From: Bacillota bacterium
GTDB lineage: Bacteria; Bacillota; Limnochordia; Darwinibacteriales; Darwinibacteriaceae
DNA length: 64,000 nucleotides
Direction: 5' to 3'
Assembly: GCA_012838305.1 (NCBI GenBank)
Contig: DUPN01000003.1
Span: forward strand, 29,335-93,334
Within the stretch, counting starts at the first letter, position 1; every line of letters begins with the position of its first letter. Below the pieces are notes generated by a model that was not told where the DNA came from, made no database searches, and saw only the letters and a list, made by a program, of their open reading frames with translations. Below, piece by piece: positions 1 through 9,329 of this stretch. The translations under genes and the position numbers were made by a program.

Positions 1-617
1 GCGATGATCGCTATTTCTACATCGGCGAGGTGCAAACCAAGACCAACGAGCTGAAGAAGGTCCTTGTCTATGACTTGGGTACCAAAGGCTTCCCCAGCAT
101 TACCACGGCCCAGCGAGGCCTCTTTCAGGACCGGAGCTGGGTTCTATCCGATGGTGTCTATCAGGAACTGGATGAAGAAGGCTTTGTGCAGTTTGAAAGC
201 CGTTTTCAAAAGATGGAGATCACCACAGAGCAGGAAGGCGAAGTCTATCTGGGCAACCAGCGCACTACGGATGAGATGAACCGCCGCGAGCTGGCAGAAC
301 ATATCCAGCGCTTTCAGCGCGGTGGTTTGAAGGTACTCTACTTTGTCGTCGATTACCACATGAAACTGGCCTTGCCCATGGCTTCCTTTGTTTTTGCTCT
401 CTTTGCAGCTCCCTTAGCCCTGCTCGGCAAGGGGGGGCGTTCGTTTGGAGTTGTCTTGAGTTTGGTCATTTTACTTGTGTATTATGTGGGCATGTCGGTC
501 TCCCGTTCCATGGGAGTGAATGAGATGCTGCCGCCTGTGGTTGCGGCCTGGCTGGTTAACGCATTCTTTGCCCTTTCCGGGAGTATCTTATTGGTGGGCT
601 CCGATCGGCTGCGCTAG
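1..617 (+). CDS. LptF/LptG-family (YjgP/YjgQ) LPS export permease, C-terminal fragment; the 5' end lies outside the window
   Basis: The ORF runs to the window edge. The C-terminal hydrophobic segments (FVFALFAAPLALLG, VVLSLVILLVYYVGMSV, VVAAWLVNAFFALSGSILLV) are typical of LptF/G permeases, and it sits immediately upstream of lptD. Confidence 0.55.
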   Translation, partial: DDRYFYIGEVQTKTNELKKVLVYDLGTKGFPSITTAQRGLFQDRSWVLSDGVYQELDEEGFVQFESRFQKMEITTEQEGEVYLGNQRTTDEMNRRELAEHIQRFQRGGLKVLYFVVDYHMKLALPMASFVFALFAAPLALLGKGGRSFGVVLSLVILLVYYVGMSVSRSMGVNEMLPPVVAAWLVNAFFALSGSILLVGSDRLR

Positions 618-631
618 ATGGGGGAGGTTCC

Positions 632-2776
632 ATGGCTCGATGGGGAAAACGAGGCGTCTTAACAGCGTTCATCCTTGGTCTGCTGCTTCCTTGGCTTGCG
701 GTCTTCGCTTCTGAAGCCCAGGAGGGGGTGCGGGTTCGAGCCCAGCAGGCGGGGTCCTATGACTGGGAATCCCAGGTGTTTGTGGCCCAGGGAGAGGTGG
801 AGATCACCCATGGCGACTTACTGCTCACAGGTAACCTTCTGACCATGGATTTGAGCACAGGTGAAGTCCGCCTGGAGGGCGATGTCCGTATGGTCCAAGA
901 GGACCAGGAGCTTGAGGGGGATCTTCTGATCTATGATCTGGAGACGAAAAAGGGGAGAATGGACCAGGCTAGCGCGGAAGTGCTCTTGTCGTCCGGGACA
1001 GGGAGCATCTTTCTGTCCGGTGAGTCCGTGGGCCTAGCTGACGGGGCTTATAGCGTGCGCTCAGCCAAAGTGACCACTTGTGATGATCTGGACAGCCATT
1101 ACCACTTGGCCACCAAAGAATTGGAATATTACCCTGGGGATCGGGTGATCATCAGGGGCGTCACCTATTACGAGGGCAAGATACCCCTCTTTTACTGGCC
1201 TTACTTGGTGGTTCCCCTCGATAGGGATGGGACAAGCGTCTTTAACCTGCCCGTCTTTGGTTACAGCGAGCAGGAAGGGTATTACATGAAGAATTCCTTC
1301 AACTACCACCTTTCCTCCAAAGCCCATGGCCATCTCTATCTGGACTTGTACACCCGCTTAGGCCTGGGCCTAGGAGCCCGGCACATGTATGATCTGGGCC
1401 GTTTTGGTCAAGGTTCAGTTTACCTCTATGCCGTTCCCACCAGCGAGAGTCCTGTTCTGAAGAGTGCTTTTTCCCATCAATGGACCAAGGAACACTGGGA
1501 TTTTAAGACCACCACCAGCTATGAGAATTGGTGGGCTAAACATGAGCTGAAATCGGACAACCGCCTCAAGCTCACTCTGCCCAGCACAAACGCGGAGGCG
1601 TCCTTTGTCTACAAGAAGAACCCCGAGGCCACCATTTCGGAACAACGGGATATGGGGATCCGCTGGTCGCAGAATCTCACCGAGAGGTGGCGCCTGAACC
1701 TGCAGGGGTCCCGTATTGATCAAGTCAGGGGCGAGGACTCCTTGCGGCTGATCAGTTATCTAGCGGAGACGACCTATCGCCAAGACAGGCACACCCTTAC
1801 TCTCGCAGCCCAGCAGCAGTACAACCCCGACCTTTTAGAGGGTGAAACCCCGGCCTGGCGGACGGTGCAGCGACTCCCGGAGTTCAAATGGGTGGTGAGC
1901 AATTGGGGCCTGAACAGTCTGCCCCTGGGGACAGAGGTTATCTTGGGTCACTATGGGGAACGGCCGTCTACTGTCACCATGAATCGGGCCTTTGGCCAGC
2001 TCACCTTGGGCAGGCGATCCTGGCGCCCGGCAGAGCGCACCACCGTGGATTATCAAGGACTCTTGGGCGGAGCTCTCTATGGTGATGGGCAAAGACAGGC
2101 CTGGACCTTCGCCCGTCTGGGCTTGAATCAAAGACTGACGGATCGTCTCCAGTTCAGTTCCACCTATAGCCGCAGAGATGTGTGGGGCCATAGCCCCTTT
2201 CGCTTTGACGCCCAGCGGCCGCAGGAGGATCTTGGTTTGCGCCTAAGCTACTCTGCTCCGGCCTTGCGGGCCAGTTTGAACACGAACTACAACTTTCTCA
2301 CGGAGCGGTTTAGTGTGCTCACCTTAAGTACGTCCTGGCGGCCGAATTCTGCTTGGAATCTGAGCCTCTCCGCCGCATTTGATCTGAACAGCATGGAGCT
2401 CACTCGAGTGGTTCCCATGGTAGAATACAAAAAGGACCAGTTTGATCTGCGCCTTGCTGTCCGTTATCACCCCACGGATCAGGTGCTCGAACGTTTGGAT
2501 GCGCGCTTTACTCTGCCTGTGGGAACAACATGGCTTGTGAGCTATGATAGCATTTATGAGCCGCTGAAACAGGCGTTTTCCAAAGGCAGTGTCTCCATTA
2601 CCAAGGACTTGCATTGCCGAGAACTTCGCCTTTCCTATGATCATGTGGGAAAGAGTGTGGCCCTGCAATACACCATCAAGGCCTTTCCCACCTTGCCCAT
2701 TGGCTGGGACTCCCAGGGAGGCTTGAGTCTCTTTGACCTTGAGGATGTGGCGGACCTTGTTGGTGTGGAGGAGTGA
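632..2776 (+). CDS. lptD: LptD/OstA-family outer-membrane LPS assembly protein
   Basis: 714 aa with an N-terminal signal peptide (LLLPWLAVFASEA). It has an OstA-N-like jellyroll motif (LLTGNLLTMDLSTGEVRLEGDVRMVQ), a long beta-rich C-terminal region, and a GGAGG RBS. The lptF/G-lptD-lptC-lptA context supports the call. Confidence 0.6.
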   Translation: MARWGKRGVLTAFILGLLLPWLAVFASEAQEGVRVRAQQAGSYDWESQVFVAQGEVEITHGDLLLTGNLLTMDLSTGEVRLEGDVRMVQEDQELEGDLLIYDLETKKGRMDQASAEVLLSSGTGSIFLSGESVGLADGAYSVRSAKVTTCDDLDSHYHLATKELEYYPGDRVIIRGVTYYEGKIPLFYWPYLVVPLDRDGTSVFNLPVFGYSEQEGYYMKNSFNYHLSSKAHGHLYLDLYTRLGLGLGARHMYDLGRFGQGSVYLYAVPTSESPVLKSAFSHQWTKEHWDFKTTTSYENWWAKHELKSDNRLKLTLPSTNAEASFVYKKNPEATISEQRDMGIRWSQNLTERWRLNLQGSRIDQVRGEDSLRLISYLAETTYRQDRHTLTLAAQQQYNPDLLEGETPAWRTVQRLPEFKWVVSNWGLNSLPLGTEVILGHYGERPSTVTMNRAFGQLTLGRRSWRPAERTTVDYQGLLGGALYGDGQRQAWTFARLGLNQRLTDRLQFSSTYSRRDVWGHSPFRFDAQRPQEDLGLRLSYSAPALRASLNTNYNFLTERFSVLTLSTSWRPNSAWNLSLSAAFDLNSMELTRVVPMVEYKKDQFDLRLAVRYHPTDQVLERLDARFTLPVGTTWLVSYDSIYEPLKQAFSKGSVSITKDLHCRELRLSYDHVGKSVALQYTIKAFPTLPIGWDSQGGLSLFDLEDVADLVGVEE

Positions 2777-2815
2777 TCGATTCTGAAGACGAAGAGAGTT
2801 CTGATCGCTTTAACC

Positions 2816-3406
2816 GTGGTGGCGGCAGTCATCTACCTCGTTTTCCGTTCCTTCGTTCAACCTCCGCCGCCCCCTGTGGCTGTGCCCCCCAGTGTTCAGC
2901 TTCTAGAATCCAGGCTGATTGGGCGCCAGGACGGTGAGAGGCAGTGGGAGATTTTGGCGAAATCCGTGTTACAGACCGGTGATGTCGTGACCTTGACCGA
3001 TTTGGACGAGATCATCATGTTCCAGGATGGCGAACCCTATTTAGCGATTGACGCGGACAGAGCGATCTGGGATCGCACAAGAGATGTTTTGGAACTGCAA
3101 AACTCTGTGGTTGGCGATCTTGATGGAGGTTTTCGGCTAGAAAGTGATGTTCTGTTTTGGAATGGTACAGAGGAAACCCTCACATCGCCGGGTCCTGCTT
3201 TAATGCTGTGGGACGGCCTTGAGATCCGGGCCGCGGAAATGGTTTTGGAGTCAAAGGAGAATCTGCTGTATCTCAAAGGTGATGTGCAGATTCGGGACGG
3301 ATCCATGGCATGGATCGCAGAGCAGGCTGTCTATGACTTGGACCACGAACGTATGGATTTCTATGGGAGCTTGATTCTCAAACAGGAGGCAGAGGATGAT
3401 GAGTAG
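2816..3406 (+). CDS. lptC: LptC-like periplasmic LPS transport protein; start codon uncertain
   Basis: It has the size and position of LptC, between lptD and lptA, and overlaps lptA by 11 nt. The N-terminal hydrophobic anchor continues in frame upstream of the first canonical start (VLIALTVVAAVIYLVF), so a non-canonical start is possible. Confidence 0.45.
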   Translation: MVAAVIYLVFRSFVQPPPPPVAVPPSVQLLESRLIGRQDGERQWEILAKSVLQTGDVVTLTDLDEIIMFQDGEPYLAIDADRAIWDRTRDVLELQNSVVGDLDGGFRLESDVLFWNGTEETLTSPGPALMLWDGLEIRAAEMVLESKENLLYLKGDVQIRDGSMAWIAEQAVYDLDHERMDFYGSLILKQEAEDDE

Positions 3407-3962
3407 GAAGTTGGCAGCTTTGTTCATGCTTGCAGCTGTAGCCCTCGGGAGTTGTGGTGCGGTTGGGGCGCAAAGCCAGGTCGGGACGTTGGAAATCACG
3501 GGAGTTCCCCCAGAGATGTCCGCGGGACGCTATGATCGCCAGGCGGGAGTGTTTTTCGCCGATGTCCGTGAGATCCCAGGTGCTTTGATCACGGTCAAGC
3601 TGGAGGATGTCGAGGTAGTGGGGAAAACCCTGGAGTGGCGTACCGACGACAACTACTTGATCATGACCGTGGACGCTAGGCTCACCAAGGAAGACTTTAC
3701 GCTATCCGGCGATGTGGTGGAATACTTTGGTGAAACGAAGAGACTTGTGTCCGAGGGCCATGTGGAGGTGATGACGGAGGATGCCACCGTGTCTGCCGAT
3801 CATCTCGACTACGATGAAGAAACGGACCAAGCTCTGTTTACAGGTCAGGTAAAGGTGGTCTTTTCCGACGGGGTTCTCTCGGGTGAACGCTTCTTGATGC
3901 TGCTGGAGCAAAGCGAACTGCAGTTCTTTGGCTCCTTCCAAGGTGAGTTCAAGGACGAGTAG
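3396..3962 (+). CDS. lptA: LptA-like periplasmic LPS transport protein (OstA-N domain) with a signal peptide
   Basis: 188 aa with signal peptide MMSRKLAALFMLAAVALGSCGAVGA. It is beta-rich and lies downstream of lptC in the lpt cluster. Confidence 0.5.
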   Translation: MMSRKLAALFMLAAVALGSCGAVGAQSQVGTLEITGVPPEMSAGRYDRQAGVFFADVREIPGALITVKLEDVEVVGKTLEWRTDDNYLIMTVDARLTKEDFTLSGDVVEYFGETKRLVSEGHVEVMTEDATVSADHLDYDEETDQALFTGQVKVVFSDGVLSGERFLMLLEQSELQFFGSFQGEFKDE

Positions 3963-4022
3963 AAGTACAGTAATTTCTGACAATATTAACGGGCATTACC
4001 AGTTAAACCCCAGCTAGCGGCA

Positions 4023-4031
4023 TGTTATAAT
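4023..4031 (+). promoter_or_regulatory. Extended -10 promoter element (TGtTATAAT) upstream of the permease/ATPase pair
   Basis: tgttataat lies about 28 nt upstream of the ATG at 4059, which has a GGTGAGGAGG RBS. No good -35 element is present. Confidence 0.3.
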
Positions 4032-4058
4032 GGAAGCGCTAGGTGAGGAGGCGAGGTC

Positions 4059-6161
4059 ATGCTCGTTTTTTTTCGAGACGGTTTTTATAAAGACCTGGTT
4101 CTTTTGCTGGTCGTAACCGTAATGATTGGCGCGGTGTTTTCCCAGGGTGTGGCCTGGGCTATTGACACCTATTTTGGTGACACCCTGGATGGAATGATCG
4201 GCGAATATGGTGAATACGATTTGATTCTGCATATACGTGATGAAGCTAAAGAAGCGGCCTTAAGGGAACTTGAACGCATCGGTGAGCAGTCCTTTCCGGG
4301 ATACAGACTCAACCAGACCTTAACCATTGCTGGACAGGCGAACTTCTTTATTGGGCTACCGGAGGACTATCGTACCAAGGAGGTATTGGAGAGCATTACC
4401 TCCTATTTTGGCGCGGTTCCAGGTATAAACGGATATACTTTAATGGTGGAACCCAGTGTTTTGCTGCGGGGCGTGCACCCTGCTGTCCGGGATGAGCTGA
4501 AGGAACAGCTAGAGGATCTAAGGGATGTTCGATTTGTGGTCCAGGACGGTGTCAATCTCGTGGTTGTTCTGACCCGAGAAGACGCTGTGAGCGGAGTTAC
4601 AGCGGCCATTGAAGACATTCTGCAGCAATATCAGATTGTAGAGTTGCGCTTCCCCATGGGCTTTGAGGTGGACACCCGAGAGGTTGGCGAGAAGGCCATG
4701 GCTATCCTGCGCTCCCAAGAAGGGATGGGCGGAACGTACCGCAATGTTACCTCTGCGGAGTACGGGGAAGACTTAGATGCCTTTTTGAAGACCCTCGTGG
4801 AAATGCGGGACTTTTTGGGCAGCTACGCTTCGCAGGTTCGCATCGCCCCGGCCCCCGGCGTCCGGCTTATGGTGGGGGAGTGGATCCTTTTGGAGGACGA
4901 TATTACCGTGGAGATCACAGGGGTGTTCGGAGATTTGGTGGAGGGCATGATTGTGGAAGGATCTCCTGTGCAATCCACAGACACCGTAGTGTATCAGGGT
5001 TTTCGCCGGCTGGCAGAAGGGGAGCAGGGCGAATTTGTGGGCGACGTGGAGATTGAAAACGAGCGCTACCGCCTAGCTTATGCGGTGGATGAGAGTTTGC
5101 GGCTCTTGGCTGAGCTGGAGGAGTTGTCGGTGCAGGCAAGTACCGCTGTGGACAACGCCGATGCGGTCTTGACCACCTTCCAGGAGGCTTTGATGCAGCT
5201 GGAAGTGCTGCAAGTGCAAATGCGCCAGCTCAATGAGGGCATAGCCACAGGCGAGGCCAAGTCTTCGGGGGAGCAGTTTCTAGTCAGCCTGCTTCTAAAT
5301 GGACTCTTCCAGACCTTAGCCCAGGGAGTTATTCATTCTGGGGAGGAGTCGTTGGATTCCCTGGAACACCTAGATATTGAAGCCATGCGCAACAGTCTGA
5401 GTGGAATCAGCGAGCAAATCGCCAATGTGCAGGAAATTGATGTGACTGCAATTATGGAGCAAATTGGCTTTGTCCGAGATACACTCCCCAATCTCAATGA
5501 CGCGGAAATCGGACAGTCTATCCGCCTGATCAACACCTATTTGGGGGGTCAGGTGATCCCCGGAGAGCGGGTACAGCTGCTCCTTGAGGGGGGTCGGGTG
5601 GATGAGAAGGCCTTGGAGAAGCTGTTTCAAAAAGAACTTGAAAACCCCTATCTGCACACCTATTCCACATCGGTGGGCATGGTGTCCCCCGATGCCAGGG
5701 GCGAGATTTTCCGCATTCTGAAAGAGGTTCGTTCCATTGTGGCCGGGATACTGTCCATCATCTTTACCGTCATGGTCCTGGTTTTGGACCATGCCACCAT
5801 CTTCAGCACCCTTAAGCATCTGCTGGCTTCCAGGAAGCCCCTGCGGTCCCTGTGGCGGCGTCTGCTGAATCCCATCCTGATCTTAGGGGGAACGCTCGGA
5901 GCCTTTCTTCTCACGAGTGTTTACTATCTGTCACGATCGCAGATTCCCTACTTCCAGTGGCCCGCCGTGGTGGTTTTAGGCTTTGTCCTGGGGGTGCTGA
6001 TTGTGGTCTTTGCCGAACGCTTCAGTCCGGTGGACAGTATGGAACTCATGGCCGCGCAGTCCCTAGGTCTCTCCAATTGTGAAATCATGCGGGAAGTGGT
6101 GATTCCCCCGAGTCGCCCGGGGCTAATGGTGATGCTCAATCGTTTCAAGAAGCAATTCTAG
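4059..6161 (+). CDS. Atypical ABC-transporter permease: an N-terminal TM helix, an ectodomain of about 530 aa with a coiled-coil segment, and a C-terminal 3-TM bundle ending in an EAA-loop-like motif
   Basis: The N-terminal TM is LVLLLVVTVMIGAVF. The large hydrophilic domain includes the coiled-coil stretch LRLLAELEELSVQ...LQVQMRQLNEG. Three C-terminal TMs are followed by MAAQSLGLSNCEIMREVVIPPSRPGLM, which resembles the EAA loop of type-I importer permeases (compare MetI EAAESMGASP..IPEALPAL in this same window). It is immediately followed by an ABC ATPase. Confidence 0.5.
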   Translation: MLVFFRDGFYKDLVLLLVVTVMIGAVFSQGVAWAIDTYFGDTLDGMIGEYGEYDLILHIRDEAKEAALRELERIGEQSFPGYRLNQTLTIAGQANFFIGLPEDYRTKEVLESITSYFGAVPGINGYTLMVEPSVLLRGVHPAVRDELKEQLEDLRDVRFVVQDGVNLVVVLTREDAVSGVTAAIEDILQQYQIVELRFPMGFEVDTREVGEKAMAILRSQEGMGGTYRNVTSAEYGEDLDAFLKTLVEMRDFLGSYASQVRIAPAPGVRLMVGEWILLEDDITVEITGVFGDLVEGMIVEGSPVQSTDTVVYQGFRRLAEGEQGEFVGDVEIENERYRLAYAVDESLRLLAELEELSVQASTAVDNADAVLTTFQEALMQLEVLQVQMRQLNEGIATGEAKSSGEQFLVSLLLNGLFQTLAQGVIHSGEESLDSLEHLDIEAMRNSLSGISEQIANVQEIDVTAIMEQIGFVRDTLPNLNDAEIGQSIRLINTYLGGQVIPGERVQLLLEGGRVDEKALEKLFQKELENPYLHTYSTSVGMVSPDARGEIFRILKEVRSIVAGILSIIFTVMVLVLDHATIFSTLKHLLASRKPLRSLWRRLLNPILILGGTLGAFLLTSVYYLSRSQIPYFQWPAVVVLGFVLGVLIVVFAERFSPVDSMELMAAQSLGLSNCEIMREVVIPPSRPGLMVMLNRFKKQF

Positions 6162-6173
6162 AGGAGTGTTCAT

Positions 6174-6902
6174 GTGCTGCAGATTCAGGGTTTACGCAAA
6201 TCGTATGGAAAACTCGTGGCACTTGATGGGGTAGACTTGACGGTAGAAAAGGGGGAGACTGTTGTGATCATGGGTCCGTCCGGCTGCGGCAAGTCTACCC
6301 TGATCCGTTGTGTCAATCGTTTAACTGAGCCCGATGAGGGTACCATCTTGCTGCAGGGGCAGAATGTATTGGAACTTGGCCACATCGAGCTCCAGGACCT
6401 CAGGCGCAAGGTTGGTTTTGTATTTCAGCAGTTCAACCTGATCAGTCGCCTCACGGTCTTGGATAATGTCATCTTCCACCTTGTCCTCGGGGGCATGGAC
6501 CGCGATCAGGCCGCGACCAGAGGGCGCAGGGTTTTGGCCCGGGTGGGCCTGGCCAATACGGAGGATCGCCGACCCCATGAGTTAAGCGGCGGTCAGCAGC
6601 AGAGGGTGGGCATTGCCAGGGCTTTGGTAACCAATCCCGAGATCATGCTTTGGGATGAACCCACAGCCTCTTTAGATCCGATCTTAGTGGGTGAGGTCCT
6701 GGAAGTGATGGAGGAGCTGGTGAAAACAACATCGACCACCATGGTCATCGTCACCCATGAGGTGTCCTTCGCCCTCAGGGCGGCGGAGCGTATTGTGTTT
6801 ATGGACAAGGGTCAAATCGTGGAAGAAGGACGGCCCCAGGAGGTCTTGGCCAATCCTCAATCCGAAATCGCCTGCCTGTACAGGAAACTTTTGGTGCAGT
6901 GA
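6174..6902 (+). CDS. ABC transporter ATP-binding protein (polar amino acid/phosphonate importer-type NBD)
   Basis: Walker A is GPSGCGKST, the ABC signature is LSGGQQQRVGIARAL, Walker B is MLWDEPTASLD and the H-loop is VTHE. It has a GTG start with a GAGGAG RBS. Confidence 0.8.
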   Translation: MLQIQGLRKSYGKLVALDGVDLTVEKGETVVIMGPSGCGKSTLIRCVNRLTEPDEGTILLQGQNVLELGHIELQDLRRKVGFVFQQFNLISRLTVLDNVIFHLVLGGMDRDQAATRGRRVLARVGLANTEDRRPHELSGGQQQRVGIARALVTNPEIMLWDEPTASLDPILVGEVLEVMEELVKTTSTTMVIVTHEVSFALRAAERIVFMDKGQIVEEGRPQEVLANPQSEIACLYRKLLVQ

Positions 6903-6995
6903 CGAGTTTGGGCGTCAAAAGAGGAAATGGAAACTCTGTGCCGAAAGTTGTATCAGCGCAGTTATGGCTTTCCTGGCCAAAAAGGAGTGAGACCT

Positions 6996-7451
6996 TTGTC
7001 AGAAGGACAGCTAGAAGAGCTCTCCATTGATCAGATTCGAAACCTCCTGCCCCATCGGTATCCTTTTTTGCTGGTGGATCGGGTCTTGGAGCGTGAAGAA
7101 GGTCACAGAGTTGTTGCTCTCAAGAATGTCACAATCAATGAGCCCTTCTTCCAGGGACATTATCCCCAAACTCCGGTGATGCCCGGGGTCCTCATCGTGG
7201 AGACCATGGCGCAGGTGGGGGGGTTGGCGGTGCAAGAAACGCCCCATGATCAGATCCTGCCCCTGCTTGCTGCCATTGAGAAGGTGCGTTTTCGCGAAGT
7301 GGTCAAGCCCGGCGATCAGCTGGTGGTTGAAGCTACCGTGAAGGCCAGCCGGGCAGGGATCGTGAAGATTGCAGCTGAAGCCAGAGTAGATGCAAAGGTT
7401 GTAGCTCAAGGCGAATTGACATTTGCCCTTGTGTCCAGGAGGGATAGTTAG
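6996..7451 (+). CDS. fabZ: 3-hydroxyacyl-ACP dehydratase FabZ
   Basis: The hotdog-fold motif is LPHRYPFLLVDRV...FFQGHYP..PVMPGVLIVETMAQ. The probable start is TTG at 6996 after an AAAGGAG RBS; the longer ORF from 6927 is unlikely. Confidence 0.85.
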   Translation: MSEGQLEELSIDQIRNLLPHRYPFLLVDRVLEREEGHRVVALKNVTINEPFFQGHYPQTPVMPGVLIVETMAQVGGLAVQETPHDQILPLLAAIEKVRFREVVKPGDQLVVEATVKASRAGIVKIAAEARVDAKVVAQGELTFALVSRRDS

Positions 7452-7454
7452 GCT

Positions 7455-8612
7455 ATGAGTAAGATCATGATGATTGGCGGAGACAACACCAGTGACCGTT
7501 TTGGTTCGGCTTTAGCCCGGAAGGTACTGGAGAAATGCCCCCAAGCGAAACTCTTTGGAGTGGGTGGACCCCTGATGAATGACGCCGGGGTACGCCTGCT
7601 TTATGATATCTCGGAACAGGTGAGTTTGGGGATTTTCCAATCTGTAAAGGGTTCTTTGGTGGTCAAACGTATGCTGAAGCGGATTGCAGAAGCCATGACC
7701 CAAGAGGAACCGTCTCTGGTGATGCAGATCGGCTTACCCGTCTTTGGTTACCGGCTCCTTGAGATTGCCCGGGGGAAAGGGATCCCTGTTTTGTATTATT
7801 ACACGCCTTTGAGCCGCGGTTTGCGCAATGTCAAGGCCAGCCACTTCCCTACGGTTGTGGATAAAGTGGCTGGTATAAGCCATTTTGAGGTGGCTCAGTG
7901 CCAAGAAGCGGGCCTGGATTGCGAGTTTGTGGGACACCCCTTGATGGACTTGACCGATTTCTCCATGACACCTCAGGAAGCCAGGGCGAAGCTTGGTATC
8001 GCTTCGGAAGAGACCCGGATTATTGCTGTTTTGCCTGGCGCCCGGGAAGTGGAAGTGCGCAACGCCCTGCCTAGCGTACTAAAGGCCCTGGATGAGGTGT
8101 TGGAGCGCCACGAGGATGTGCAGATTATTGTTTCCGCCGCTCCCACCATTCGCAGTGTACTCATGGATGAGATCTTAAAAAAATCGGCTCGAACAGTGCG
8201 CGTGGAGCGACATACCTACCTTGTGCTGCGATCGGCGGATGTGGCCGTCACCTCCATTGGTACAAGCTCTCTGGAGGCTTCTTTGCTGGGAGTCCCGTCG
8301 GTGGCTGTCTACCGTGTGCCCTGCACCACATATTTCACCGAGAAATTGCTGGATCGTAAGCCCAATATGACAATAACCAATAATGTCTTGCGAAAGAGTG
8401 TAATACCCGAGTTTATTCAGGGCGACTTTGTCCCCAGTAAGATCGCGCAGGCCATTGAGAACCTGCTCTATAATGAGCAGGCCAGACAGGCGATGCTGGC
8501 GGAGTTTGCCAGTCTTCCAGATCAGCTGGGTAAACCAGGTTCGCTGGAACGCGCTGCCGCTCTTGTGGTGGATATGGCTGGGTGTGACGACGATGACACA
8601 ATTAGTAGCTGA
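7455..8612 (+). CDS. lpxB: Lipid-A-disaccharide synthase LpxB
   Basis: The N-terminus MSKIMMIGGDNTSDRFGSALARKV...FGVGGPLM is a glycosyltransferase family 19 pattern. The 385 aa length fits, and it follows fabZ as in lipid A clusters. Confidence 0.8.
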   Translation: MSKIMMIGGDNTSDRFGSALARKVLEKCPQAKLFGVGGPLMNDAGVRLLYDISEQVSLGIFQSVKGSLVVKRMLKRIAEAMTQEEPSLVMQIGLPVFGYRLLEIARGKGIPVLYYYTPLSRGLRNVKASHFPTVVDKVAGISHFEVAQCQEAGLDCEFVGHPLMDLTDFSMTPQEARAKLGIASEETRIIAVLPGAREVEVRNALPSVLKALDEVLERHEDVQIIVSAAPTIRSVLMDEILKKSARTVRVERHTYLVLRSADVAVTSIGTSSLEASLLGVPSVAVYRVPCTTYFTEKLLDRKPNMTITNNVLRKSVIPEFIQGDFVPSKIAQAIENLLYNEQARQAMLAEFASLPDQLGKPGSLERAAALVVDMAGCDDDDTISS

Positions 8613-9318
8613 GAAGCTTGTGAAGGCCTATGGCCAGCGTACGGTGGTTCAGAATGTGGATTTTGAGGCGAGCCGCGGAGAAATTGTGGGTCTTTTGGGA
8701 CCCAATGGCGCGGGGAAAACAACAACCTTCGGTTTGATTATTGGCCTGGGTAAGCCCAAGAGCGGACGCATTTTCCTGGATGGCCGCGATATTACGGAGC
8801 TGCCCATGCACAAGCGTACCCGTCTCGGTCTGGGCTACCTGCCGCAGGAGCCGTCGGTATTTCGCAAGCTGACTGTGGAAGAGAATGTGCAGGGAGTGCT
8901 CGAACTGCGTCGAGACGTATCCCGGGACGAGCAGGCGCATCGTCTAGCCGATCTGATGGAGGAGTTCAACTTACGTGAGGTGCGGCATCAAAAGGGTTAC
9001 CAGTTGTCCGGGGGCGAGCGTCGCCGTACTGAAATAGCCAGGGCACTGGCTCTAGATCCCGCTTTTTTGTTTCTGGACGAACCTTTCGCGGGGGTCGATC
9101 CCATTGCAGTGGCGGAGATTCAGGCCATCATTGCCCGCCTGCGCTCACGGAACTTAGGCATTATTATTACAGATCATAATGTCAGAGAGACACTGCGGAT
9201 TACCGATCGGGCCTATATTATGCATCTGGGGGAGATTCTTGTTTCCGGCTCCACGGAGGATTTGGCCCAAAACCCACTGGCCCGCAAGTATTACCTCGGA
9301 GCCAATTTCTCTCTGTAA
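8593..9318 (+). CDS. lptB: LPS export ABC transporter ATP-binding protein LptB
   Basis: It begins MTQLVAEKLVKAYGQRTVV. Walker A is GPNGAGKTT and the signature is LSGGERRRTEIARAL. The true ATG at 8593 overlaps the end of lpxB; the upstream part of the 8428 ORF is spurious. Confidence 0.75.
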   Translation: MTQLVAEKLVKAYGQRTVVQNVDFEASRGEIVGLLGPNGAGKTTTFGLIIGLGKPKSGRIFLDGRDITELPMHKRTRLGLGYLPQEPSVFRKLTVEENVQGVLELRRDVSRDEQAHRLADLMEEFNLREVRHQKGYQLSGGERRRTEIARALALDPAFLFLDEPFAGVDPIAVAEIQAIIARLRSRNLGIIITDHNVRETLRITDRAYIMHLGEILVSGSTEDLAQNPLARKYYLGANFSL

Positions 9319-9329
9319 GGAAAGAAGGT

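Noticed and set aside
8428-8592. 5' extension of the lptB ORF, and similar long N-terminal extensions of the ORFs at 15859, 21986, 27647, 49793, 54894, 56937 and 61686
   Set aside because: The extensions overlap the preceding genes and lack RBSs, whereas internal ATG or GTG codons with good Shine-Dalgarno sequences reproduce the canonical protein N-termini. They are artefacts of longest-ORF calling.
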